IMG/VR virus record: IMGVR_UViG_3300042691_032761
Direction: 5' to 3' (one strand)
Source of the DNA: a virus
DNA length: 64,000 nucleotides
A program made the translations under genes and the position numbers. The notes under the pieces are model-generated. The model searched no databases and was not told the origin of the DNA. It saw only the letters and a program-made list of their open reading frames with translations. Of this stretch, positions 29,297 to 40,900 are shown piece after piece; the stretch's first letter is position 1; the number at the start of each line of letters is the position of its first letter.

Positions 29297-29321
29297 TTCA
29301 TAAATTAATAGGATAAAACAA

Positions 29322-32300
29322 ATGGTTTGTTCGACAATTTTAAATATACCAGGAAAACAAGGAGGAGATACAAAAACATATAATATTTGTTGTACTAAAG
29401 TGTATAGTCAAACACTATTTTTAGGAGGTAGCGTAAAAGCATTCAATGCGTCTTTAGCATGGGGATCAGAAGCGAGTAAATTAACTGTTGAAATTAGTGT
29501 TGACAAATGCGACTACCCTGTTCAAAAAGATCTAAATGGAAATATTGTATTAGTAATGCCAGAAGCAAATAGCTATACTGTCAATAGATTAAATAATACA
29601 TTTCAAAAAGATGAAAACGGTAACTCTCTTATTCCAGCAAAAGTTTATTATAAACCCTACTATGATACAACTAAAAAAAGTGGATATTTAGCATCATACT
29701 ATTGGACTGGTTCTGATCCAGGATTTTATGGAGAAATATTTGATGCATATGGAAATGTAGATGTTGCAAAGAGTGTGGATATTGTTGGTTGCGCAGTATA
29801 TTTTAAATATGATGATTTTGAGTTTTATGGCATTGTTAAAGGATGGCAACGACAAGGAGGATCAAGTGGCACAATAACTTATTCCATAGATATAGAATCT
29901 CCATCATTTTTATTAACTCAAACTCAAATGATTTTGTCAGATTATAATGGAGCTATTTTTTCTAAAACCAATGGATCTGATGGTTCTCAATTTACAAAAT
30001 TTGGCTTTCCAAAAACAAATGCCGGAACCTACACCGGAGCCATATCTGAACAAAATATTCCAAACCTAATAAATGTATTTGGATATCTCGAAGATTCTGC
30101 AGCAATCACCTCTGCAACACCGGCTTATAGGTATGGTCGCTCTGAAAGAAATGATCAAGGAATATCAGCTTTATATATTATGCAAGGAATTTATGATCTA
30201 CTAAATAGTACTAAGCCAGTTACATCTAATAAACAAAAAATTCTCAGATACTCACCATATGGAAGAATTGTTGGGAAAGCTCCAAAATTTAAATCATCAT
30301 TAAATGATGTATTTGTATCATTGAATGACTTAGAGCAAAAACCATATTCTTTTGGTTTGCTAAAGCCTAGTTTTTATACCAAATATACTGATCAAAATTT
30401 AGATTTATATGTGATGCCATATTCTATTAATTTTAATGATATATTAAATAATGGAATTATTCCATCATATTATCGTATATCCGACCAAAAGATGGATTTG
30501 CTTCAATTTTTCACAACCGTTGCTGAAAATACTGGACAAAATATATTCATTTCAATGGAATTAGATATAACAGAAGAGGGAACTTTTCCAGTTATTAAAA
30601 TTAATAGTATTAGTAAACTCATAAATAGTCCAGATGGTATAGTTCAAGAATTTATTGATGATATAGTATCTAAAGGAGTATCTGTTACCTCCTACTCCAA
30701 AGGAGAAGAATTAAATAATAACGATCCAATTAGAACCATGGTTGTTGGAGGAAAACAGCAAAGACTTTACCAGGTGTCAAACTTAAAATATGCTTTAAAG
30801 CAAAGTACTTTGAGATATAGTGCTTATGTGAACAAATTTGTAAAGATAGATCATTTCAATGCTTTAGCAGGATCTGAGAGTCAACAAAGATATAGACTAT
30901 TTGACCCTGTTAATATAAGAAATCCAGATCTTTATAGATCACAGGATAAAACTCCAGCATTACCATTCGGCAGAGTAGAACTCTATTCTGCAGCATTTAA
31001 AGAGAAAAAAAGTTTACTAGGAGGATATGTTCAGAATAAAGGAAACTATTTACCAGAAATAAGTTTCGTTAAAAACGAATTAGATCCAACAAAAAGACAA
31101 TCTAAAAAAGGTGGATGGGTATATGATTCTTATATTTATGATGCAATATGTCCCTACTTCGGCAACGACGAATTAACAGGATATGTAAGGCCAGTCTTTC
31201 AGCACTACAATAATATGATAAATGATATATCCGCTTCTTCTATTAGCGCAGACGGAAATGGCGGAGGAGTAGGATTTTTAGTTGGATTTACATTGGCAGA
31301 AATAGGTGCGGCAATAGGAGTAAATTACTCCCAAGCAAATTTTAGAGTTAGAATAAGTGAAACAGAGATTAGAGCAGCGATGAGTGGTTATGATGCTTAT
31401 GTTGCTTTTTTGACCGGTATGCTTGAGGATGGAGTTGTTCTTAATTGTTTTAATTCTGTGGAAAAACCAAATTTTCCTGTAGATATATGGAAACATGTTC
31501 TTGGTCCAATAATCATGCCAGTAAAGGTTGCTGCTGGAGCAGCTTCTTATGATAGTTTTTCTTCTCCTTTTTTAAAGGGTCTGGTTAGCGGATTAACAAG
31601 AGACTTTAATGTCGCGGCAACAACCGGGGTATCAGGTAAAGATGGAAATGCTAGCGTAGCATTGGCTGCTCAATCATCTGTTGCTACCGATCCAAGACTA
31701 TATGATATCCTTGTAAAATTACATGGTTTTTTTAAAAATATTGGTGATACTTATTATGGTAAACAATATATGATAAATGTTCCGTCGCCACAAGTTTGGA
31801 CGGATGTACAATATTTTAAAGATACACAAGGAAATAATCTACAAATACCGATAGGGGTAGATTCTAATAACAAGCCAATATATCTATTGTCTGGTTCAAA
31901 AAAAACATATTATTCATTTGAACCAACAGATTTTGCATGGGAAGAGCCAGGAAATTATATAGATGATTGTTTGATGGTTGGAAATGCTATTCTGGATCCG
32001 TTGACCAAAGATGATGGATCAATAGAACCAATATTAGGATTTAATAATACCACACAATATAATTATGGAAGAGAACTAGCTGGTAAATTGTATGCTTTTA
32101 CATATAGTTTAAGTGCAAATGCTCAGGCTATTAATTTATGGAAATGGGATATGGCAAGAGCATACGGATTAACTTACAGTGGAACCGAGCAGATGTGGGA
32201 GCCAGCACTATCTCTTAAAGACTCTGGAGCGGTTGTTGTTCCTCACCCTCTTGGTTCAAATAATCCTTCTTTTGATCCTTATGGAACAAAAATTCTAGAC

Positions 32301-34919
32301 GAAAATATATCTAAAATTTATGTAAAAGCTAAAGTAGAAAAAGAATTTGCAAAATATATTGGGGCAGATGGAAATATTTATACTAAAATTATAATGTCGT
32401 TAAATAATCCTGTGTTCCTCAATGCCCTAACACCCGACACCTTATCTGTAACAAATGCTGTGGCTGAGTATTTTATTTCCGATTATACTGGAGCGTCATT
32501 AGTAACAGCAATACGAGCCTTGGGAAATTCTTTATTTATTAAACCAACGCCACTAGAAACCTCAGTAACTGCAAAAAATGCTGCTAGTCAAAATAAAGCA
32601 AATAAACAATTTAATAACTTATCTATACATCCAAAAGCAGCGATGCCGTTTTTCGCTGGCGTACCAATTGTGGACAATACCTCCGTTTACGGACCTTGGG
32701 TATCTGCTCCAGATTTATTGAAAGATGTTATCTTTCCAAGTGATGCTGGAACTCTTCAAATTAAAAAAATAGAAAATTTAATAGGTGGAGCAAAAGTAGA
32801 AATTGAATCTGATTTTGTTCCATGGAATTATGGCGGAATGAGAATATTAGACGAGGTGGCTTTATTAAAAGTTGGACAGGATAATGATTATTTACAAAAA
32901 TTAGAGTCCGGATCTTTAACTATTCATGGAGTCCCATTTATTAATTTGGGCAATGAATTAAAAACTGCTGGAAATTTGTTTAGAGGACCAACAGTCAGCA
33001 ATATACAGTGCCAAATTAGCGAAAGCGGACCTTCCACAACCTACACATTCAGAACATTCACAAAAAAATTCACATTGTTCAATAAAGAAAATTCTGACAG
33101 AATCAAACAGGCTGCTCAGGCTACACAAAAAATGTCTAGGGAGTTTAGAAAAGAATTTAATGCAGTTTCTGAGATACTAAGAACAATCGCCACCTCGCCA
33201 ACTGTTAATAGCTCTCCAAGTTTTGGTGCTGATTCTATCTTAAGATCATATAGTCCTGTTGATGTTTTGGTTGGATATTCTGCTCCTTTCTGGAGTAGAA
33301 AGGCCGAGCCAGCTAATCTTATGGGATTTTTTCCAAATCCATTAAAAACAACAAATCAATGGTCTGGCAATTCTATAAAACAGATGACCACTGTTAATAT
33401 ACAGGAAAGAAGAGAAGTAGTTCAAGAATTTGAACAACTATATAGTACCAAGTCTTTTATGAGTATGGATGGATTATTACACCCAGTTTCTTTTTATCCA
33501 ACGATGCTATCTTCTACTACTCCATATAAGCCATATTTGACCACATCTGATGGTAAAATTTCAGGATGTCCAATATGCAGAGGAACAAAAACTTATATAT
33601 GGGAAGATAAAACTTTCTATTGCGATTATTGCTCAAATGTCTCTGCTGGACAAGAACCAAATTCTTCAACATCAAACGGAAGATTACCTCCATATATATT
33701 ATCAAACCAAGCAGATGAAGATATAATTAAGGATCCACAAGCTTTAGAAAAACTATTACAATCGACGGTAATGTCAAAAAAAATTGATTATGTAAATTTA
33801 AATCCAATTATAATGCCCGTTGGCGAACTTAGAAATAAATTTGCTCAGTCTAATGATTATACCTCTCATCACATAGACATAGTCGGAAGAAGTGTTGTTC
33901 CTCCTGTAGGATCTCTATCTATAAATTCTAACTTGAATATTGATCAACAACCAATGGTAGATCCTCTTACTGGAGAACTAACAGGATTAGAATATTTTGA
34001 TCAAAATAGAATGGTTTCTGATGGAGATTGGAATTCTGTGGCTTTTGATATGGCTGACGGTAGAGTAGCTAAAAGTGCAAATTCAGTACAAGTTGGAGGA
34101 AAATCTTATGAATATTTTCAAAATAATCATAGATTCTTAGCCTTAAGGGGCCCTCTTGTTATGGCTGGTTGGGGATATGATGTTGATGGAATGCCAGTGC
34201 CAAATGCTTCTGGGGAACCAAAAGAATTAAATGCTGGAGGATACCCAAAACGCATAAGAGACAAAAAAGATCAGACAGGTGGTTTTCAAGATTATGCAGG
34301 AACGATATTAGGTAAAAATCAAACATGGGATAATGATAAAGAAGAATGGACTGATCCAATTAAAGAAAGTGAATTTTATAAAGGCTGGGGATTAAGACCA
34401 GATAGCTGGCCTGTTGGTCCAGTAGACTTAAGATGGGATGAAAATAGAAAAGTTTGGACAGCAGCCCAACCATACAAATTAGTAGATGTTCAATTAGAAG
34501 ATGATTTGGTACCGCCATTTCCTGCTAGAGCATTTTTTAATTCTATGGATAAAACCTCGCCATTACCAAATAATTTAAGACGCATGATATTTGTAAGAGA
34601 TTCTACAGAGAGCTATGGGGCTCCAAGAGGAGCAAAAATAACATGCTATTATGATGAGGCTTCTGGATTTTATGAGCCAATATCAAAACAAAATATAGTA
34701 GCGATGGGCACCATAAGTAGTAATGGAACCGCTAAGATTTTGAATGCTTATGCCAAAGGATTTGATCCTATTACTGGAGAACCAGAAACTCCGGAACAAA
34801 TTACGGTAGAATTTAATAACTATCTTAACTTTGATATCAGTCAAAGTAATCAAGCAGGAATATTTACGTTTATAAAAAATGAATGGATTTTAACAAGTAG
34901 CAATACTTGTGGAGGATAA
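29322..34919 (+). CDS. Large tail tip / baseplate hub-like protein
   Basis: 1865 aa. N-terminal FLGGSVKAFNASLAWG...FYGIVKGWQR resembles hub beta-barrels; internal CPIC...CDYC zinc finger; post-TMP position. Confidence 0.55.
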   Translation: MVCSTILNIPGKQGGDTKTYNICCTKVYSQTLFLGGSVKAFNASLAWGSEASKLTVEISVDKCDYPVQKDLNGNIVLVMPEANSYTVNRLNNTFQKDENGNSLIPAKVYYKPYYDTTKKSGYLASYYWTGSDPGFYGEIFDAYGNVDVAKSVDIVGCAVYFKYDDFEFYGIVKGWQRQGGSSGTITYSIDIESPSFLLTQTQMILSDYNGAIFSKTNGSDGSQFTKFGFPKTNAGTYTGAISEQNIPNLINVFGYLEDSAAITSATPAYRYGRSERNDQGISALYIMQGIYDLLNSTKPVTSNKQKILRYSPYGRIVGKAPKFKSSLNDVFVSLNDLEQKPYSFGLLKPSFYTKYTDQNLDLYVMPYSINFNDILNNGIIPSYYRISDQKMDLLQFFTTVAENTGQNIFISMELDITEEGTFPVIKINSISKLINSPDGIVQEFIDDIVSKGVSVTSYSKGEELNNNDPIRTMVVGGKQQRLYQVSNLKYALKQSTLRYSAYVNKFVKIDHFNALAGSESQQRYRLFDPVNIRNPDLYRSQDKTPALPFGRVELYSAAFKEKKSLLGGYVQNKGNYLPEISFVKNELDPTKRQSKKGGWVYDSYIYDAICPYFGNDELTGYVRPVFQHYNNMINDISASSISADGNGGGVGFLVGFTLAEIGAAIGVNYSQANFRVRISETEIRAAMSGYDAYVAFLTGMLEDGVVLNCFNSVEKPNFPVDIWKHVLGPIIMPVKVAAGAASYDSFSSPFLKGLVSGLTRDFNVAATTGVSGKDGNASVALAAQSSVATDPRLYDILVKLHGFFKNIGDTYYGKQYMINVPSPQVWTDVQYFKDTQGNNLQIPIGVDSNNKPIYLLSGSKKTYYSFEPTDFAWEEPGNYIDDCLMVGNAILDPLTKDDGSIEPILGFNNTTQYNYGRELAGKLYAFTYSLSANAQAINLWKWDMARAYGLTYSGTEQMWEPALSLKDSGAVVVPHPLGSNNPSFDPYGTKILDENISKIYVKAKVEKEFAKYIGADGNIYTKIIMSLNNPVFLNALTPDTLSVTNAVAEYFISDYTGASLVTAIRALGNSLFIKPTPLETSVTAKNAASQNKANKQFNNLSIHPKAAMPFFAGVPIVDNTSVYGPWVSAPDLLKDVIFPSDAGTLQIKKIENLIGGAKVEIESDFVPWNYGGMRILDEVALLKVGQDNDYLQKLESGSLTIHGVPFINLGNELKTAGNLFRGPTVSNIQCQISESGPSTTYTFRTFTKKFTLFNKENSDRIKQAAQATQKMSREFRKEFNAVSEILRTIATSPTVNSSPSFGADSILRSYSPVDVLVGYSAPFWSRKAEPANLMGFFPNPLKTTNQWSGNSIKQMTTVNIQERREVVQEFEQLYSTKSFMSMDGLLHPVSFYPTMLSSTTPYKPYLTTSDGKISGCPICRGTKTYIWEDKTFYCDYCSNVSAGQEPNSSTSNGRLPPYILSNQADEDIIKDPQALEKLLQSTVMSKKIDYVNLNPIIMPVGELRNKFAQSNDYTSHHIDIVGRSVVPPVGSLSINSNLNIDQQPMVDPLTGELTGLEYFDQNRMVSDGDWNSVAFDMADGRVAKSANSVQVGGKSYEYFQNNHRFLALRGPLVMAGWGYDVDGMPVPNASGEPKELNAGGYPKRIRDKKDQTGGFQDYAGTILGKNQTWDNDKEEWTDPIKESEFYKGWGLRPDSWPVGPVDLRWDENRKVWTAAQPYKLVDVQLEDDLVPPFPARAFFNSMDKTSPLPNNLRRMIFVRDSTESYGAPRGAKITCYYDEASGFYEPISKQNIVAMGTISSNGTAKILNAYAKGFDPITGEPETPEQITVEFNNYLNFDISQSNQAGIFTFIKNEWILTSSNTCGG

Positions 34920-34920
34920 A

Positions 34921-37900
34921 ATGTCGTGCGATTGTATAGTTAAAAATACAACTTTTATTAATGAATTGGTTAATGTTTTTGATAAAGAAACAGAACTAAA
35001 ATATGATTTAAAAAGTTTGATTCCTGCATTTAATCCTAAATATAGCGGTATTTGGCAGCCAGTATTTTTTGACAAATCTCCAATAACAGATGATAAAAAA
35101 TGGATTAAAATTAATACAGAAGAAGATGAGGAATGTGATTCAGAAACGCCAGAAGGACTAGGTATTAGACAATTAGTTAATATAAATAATCCAAAATTAA
35201 AAAATTGGACAATAACAGGAAATTTAGAACTTCAATTAGATTGGATAATTGATTTTTCAAAATATGGATACACATGCAAAACATATAGTAGTGGAGTATT
35301 ATTTTGGTATAGATATTATGATATGGGGAGATTAATAAATAAAGATCTTAGATTATTTCCTGGTATAGATTTATATATTTCTGATGGAGACATGGCCTTA
35401 ATAAATGGCAAGCCTGTTGTCACTCCAAATTTAAGTGGAACATTAAATCAAATAAATTCATCATTTATTTCAGCTGGTTTTAATGCTAATACAGCAAAAT
35501 ATAATGCTGCTATTCTGGCAACTGGTCCTCAAATAGATAGAATAACAGAAATATTATCTGGTCCTGATAATGGTATAGGTTATGAAAGAACCAGTCTTGG
35601 ACTATTATATCCACAATTGTCAGGAATGTCAAACAAAAGATATTCTGATATTGGACAAAATAATTATATTGTTACAAAAATAGATTTATTACAAAAACTA
35701 AGTACTAAATATGGCATTTCTTTAATAGTTCCTGAATCTTCCGAAGCCACTTTAAAATCGAACTTTTTATCTTCAACAGGACCTAATATTAGTATAGATC
35801 TTAATACAGAATTATACCTATCCGATAAAGAAAAACCTTGTGCATATGATATTTCTTATTACTTAAATAATGAAATTAAATTAAAAGCATACCAATCAGA
35901 AGAAATATTTACAGTAACAATACCTCCAGAAGATCCAGAAGACCCAGATTCTGAATCAACAGAAAAAAAATATAACATTAATTATGTTAAATTTGGAGAT
36001 AGAACAATAGGATACCACCTATCAGAAAAAGAAAGTGGAATTTTTAATCCAGATATAAGTAATGTAAAACTACATGGTCTTGGAGGAGTTGATTTTAGCA
36101 CATCTTTAACCAGAGATATTTCTTGTGTTAGCTCGATTAATTCAACAACATTCGACGGCCCCTATTTTCTGCAAAAGGATTCTTATCCATCCGGTTTGGA
36201 CGGAACACCAAGTAATATATTCATTAATGTAAAAACACACAATAACTCTCAATTTAAATTTATTAGTGGTATTAATATTGAATATTTAAGATCGGATTCA
36301 AAACCAGTATGCGAACCATTTGTTAAAAATAATGAAACCTGTAATTGTTTTTCTTTGATGGACCTACATCCAGAGGCTAGTGGAAAACAAGAATTATCAA
36401 ATGAAAAAGATCTTTTATTTGTACCATCAACATCAATGTATTATCTTCCTTCTGGAAAATATTATGCAGGATTGACTCAAAATGAAGTTAATGAATATGG
36501 CCTTATGTTGCCATATCATCCGGATCCAGGCACTCCTTTATACAAAGGTCACGATCCTATATTTCCAAAAGAAGAAAATTGCTCATATACTATCGATGGA
36601 TGTGGTAAAAAGACTGTCAGTTTTAATATAGATTACCCTGGTGAATTAATATTAACATATCAGTCTCCAAGCGGTCATTTTATATTAAAATGGGATGAAG
36701 AAACCAAAGAAAATGAAGATCCATATTTCACAAATACAGCAGGAACTTTGTGTCTAACAAAAACTACGCAATATCCATCTCTTGTATATGTAGAGGTAGA
36801 TATCCCAGAATCTAATCCAGATACTCAATGGGCCATAAGCTTATCTGGCATTCAAACAAATTATACTAATCAAGCGCTATCCTTTGGTGGTCTCAATGTC
36901 ACTGGTAAAAAAGGATTTTTTCATCCAAATTTTGGATGGAAATATGATCAAAAATATTGGAATAAAACTCCAATCATTCCAGATCATAAAGGCATATTCT
37001 CTACAACAAATGACAATCAAACTGATAGTATCAATATTTCATTTACTATTCTTGGAATTCCAAACAAAGGATGTAGGTCATCATCATATGGCAGAAAAAT
37101 TGTAAATATTCCATCAAAAGTAAAACTTCCAACCAAGGTGATCATCACCGGAGGAATTGACGATGAGCTATTAATTGATGGACTCAGAGTTGAATCTCAA
37201 ATAGGTGATTGTACTCCTGGTCATTCGGTATACTATGAGTTTATATCCAAAAAGAGAACATTCACTGTTGAAGCTGGAGATAATTATGGAACTAATTCTG
37301 GATATAATTTAAATATTTCATTTCAAAATATAAATTATGATATAAATTATTTTTACAATTCATATGCGATGTATAATGAAGAATATCTGCCAGGGTATAA
37401 TTTTATATATAGCCTTAGTGGACTACCAATACCTAAACAAGATAAAATATTAAATTCTAATTTTATAGGAGTAAAAACACAAGCTTCTTCATATTTTGTT
37501 ACAAATAAATTTAAAAATATTAGATATAATAATATTGAGTCTATGATTTTAGACAATATTCCTTTTGAATATATTAATATAGATTATACATATGGTTATG
37601 CCTATAATGATTTTACATTCGTTAGATCGCCTGGATCTAATATTCTTACGATTCACAGCGACAGTAATGATGAGAGAATACTTAATTATTTTGATGATAT
37701 ATCTATTAGACAGGAACCAATAACTATCATCTCGGCTAAAGATATTACTAAAAGTCTTCAAGTTGAAGTTATCGATGTGTCTGGATCTAATAAAATACAA
37801 ATTAATAAATCTCCAGACGATAATTTATTTTTATCTGGATATATCAATAAAACTAAAAAAGATGGACAATTTAATCAATCTGTTGTGATCTATAGACCAA

Positions 37901-40900
37901 ATAAAACTTATGATGATAGATTAACAATTGGAAAATGGGGAAATATGTCATATGGTTATGCTGAACGTATGGCAGCAAAATACAAAAATATTAACTTATA
38001 TAGATACGATAAGTTGTTAAATCAAGAATGGTATGGAGAAACACTTGATAATCAATGGTACAATAATTCTATTATCAGAAATGGGATAACAAAGAATACA
38101 TCTTATAGTTGGGGCTGTCCAATCAGTTTTGTAAATAATTATAACAAAAATACTCAAACAAATTTTTTTCCATTATCAAGAATATTTAATTCTTTTAGTG
38201 ATGATGGAGATAGAAGATATCAAATATTAAATTGCTCTGGCGATCTTGAGATCCAGGATGAAACATATTTGGATGGCGATAGAATTATTTCTAAAGGAAC
38301 TATAAATGATATTAATGAATATATTTATTTGGGATCGTTTACAGGACCTCTTAAAATTACTGTTAAATTAAATAGTAAAAAAAATAATGAAGGATTTTTA
38401 ATTTTCAAATATAAAGACACAGAGATATTTAGGGGTAAAGTAGAAGATGTAAACGAAGATGATGAAATAGTTATCGAGTTTGAAAAGAATGATGTTTTAC
38501 CAATATATGGACAATTAATAATAGAAAAAAATTCTAGATTTTGTTCCAAACAAACATCTGTTCAGGCTTTATTAATAGAAACATATAAAGTCGAAGTAAA
38601 TTTAACAAGTTTAGAAATTTTTAAGGAATCCAGAATATCTTATTACCAACACGAACCAAATCCATCATTATTAGGACAAATGTCTAGCAATGCTATTAAT
38701 AATAGTGCAGATATCTTAAAAAATAATAAAAATTATATTAGATCTTTAAATAAAGATTTTAATCCATTTTTAGATTTGCATATTTTTGAAGATGACGATA
38801 CACAAAAACCAATTATTAGTAATAGTGGTATAATTTATTTTGAAGATTTTTTCCAACCAAAATCACAAGACTATTTACTAAATAAAATAGAGGTACCTTA
38901 TAATGATGATCTATATTGGCTTGATTTACCACCCCCGGGCAACTGGAGTTTATTAACAGAAAAAGGAATATTATTAAATCAAAATGTAACATATAAAATA
39001 TTGAAAAAATTAGAGTATGAGTGCAAAGACGATGCCTCCGCTTGCTCTGAAAAATATCCAGAAAATATTTGCGACACAATTTATGAGATACAAAAATCAG
39101 ATATTTACGATGCTTTGGGTCTTATCGGATCAGATCAAAATTTGGTAGAAATTTCAGAAGTAAAGTTTCCAGCTCATTGCGACACAATAAACCATTGCTG
39201 CAAAACCGAAGAAGATTGTAATTCTAAAGATTGTGAGGAATATACTGATCAGGAAGATATTGATCAGTGCTATAAGGATCGCGATGCTTGTCTATCAGAA
39301 AGAGAAAGTTGTTTGGAAGCAGAACAAGAAGACAAAGACGATTGTAAAGATTTCTGGGAAAAAGATGTTAAGTATGACATATCATGCAAAGATATTTGTC
39401 CAACAGGATCTGTTAGTGGAGTTATAGAAGTAAAAACTTTAGAATATTATTTATTAAAAGTTAAAGATTATTTAGCTCCACCATTAGATAATGTTAAAGA
39501 AATAGAATTAACATTTTTCCCTCAGAGTGGAATTATAGATATCCCATGTTCAGAATTAAGTTTTTCAAACGTAGGCTCCACATTTTTATACAATTACAGC
39601 TGCTCAGAATCTGAAAAAGACTGTCAGACTATCATTGAAAATGATAAGTCTATTGGATCAGAATTTATTAATGGTTCATTATTAGATATATCTATATTAA
39701 AAAATAATAAAGGAGTAGTAAATATTGCTCCAAGTTCTATTATTATAGAAAATGAAATTAGATATAGAGAAAATGTGCCTCATGAAAATATTATTTCTTT
39801 ACCATTTGATGAGTATGATCCAAGTTCTACATCAAAATATATTATAACTCATGAATTTAATATCAAGAGCAAAGAGTGCGTAGGAGCTGGAAAATTATTT
39901 GATTTATCAATCGACACTATGTCTTGTGAATTTTCTTTAGTCAATAATGCTTCAGGATTAGTATTAGAAAGTTCTTGTTTTGATAGTATCGTAATAGATC
40001 CAAAGTTTGAGTCATCTATGATTGTTTATAAAACGATATGTGATGGCACATTTAAATGCGCACCAAACGGTATCGATGATGAGTGTTCATCTGACTGTCA
40101 ACCTTCAGAATTAGTGTGCGACGAATGGTCATGTGAAGATGCAACAGAATATTTAAAAAGCATAAATCCAAACTATTCATTAGTTAAGTGTGAAGAATTA
40201 ACATTACCAGAAGACTATTATCTAGCATGTAGACAGTGTGGAGACGTTGATTGTTCTGTGTCTATTAGCTATAGTGATCCTTTACCAAGAGACTGTTATT
40301 GTCCGCCAGGGTCAACATTAACAGGAAATCCCGGACAAGAATTGTGTGAATATGAATACAAAACGTTACAATTAAAAGGACAAGATATTGATTATACAGA
40401 TTATTCTTGGGTTCCAAATGTTTGCGAGACAGAAGAAAAAACCAACAAAGGTATAGTTGCTCCATCATGTTTTGGCGAGATAGTTGGCCCATCAAAAGAA
40501 AGTTTGGACCAGTATAACAATTCCTGTCCTGATGGCAAAGAATTTGTTAGTCAAACATCTTATAATCAAGTAATATCTATTAATGCTAATGGAATAGGCA
40601 AAGAACAAAATGAATTAAATTTTGCTGCCCAGAAAGAGGGTTATAGGATTTGTTGTGAATATGAAAAAGTCCAAAAGACATTTTATGATTGTATAGCTAA
40701 ATGCAATGAACAATCTCAAGAATGCGGAGGATCAATAGAGTGTTACTTGCAAGCAGTTGCTTGTAGCTGTGCGTGCAGTGCGACTTTTTATAATGCTATT
40801 GATACCATAGCAGCAAGTCAAACAATATATTATCTATGTAATGGAAATTGTAATAATTCTGACAGTATATCAATAGGGTATTCTTCTAAGTATTGTGGTA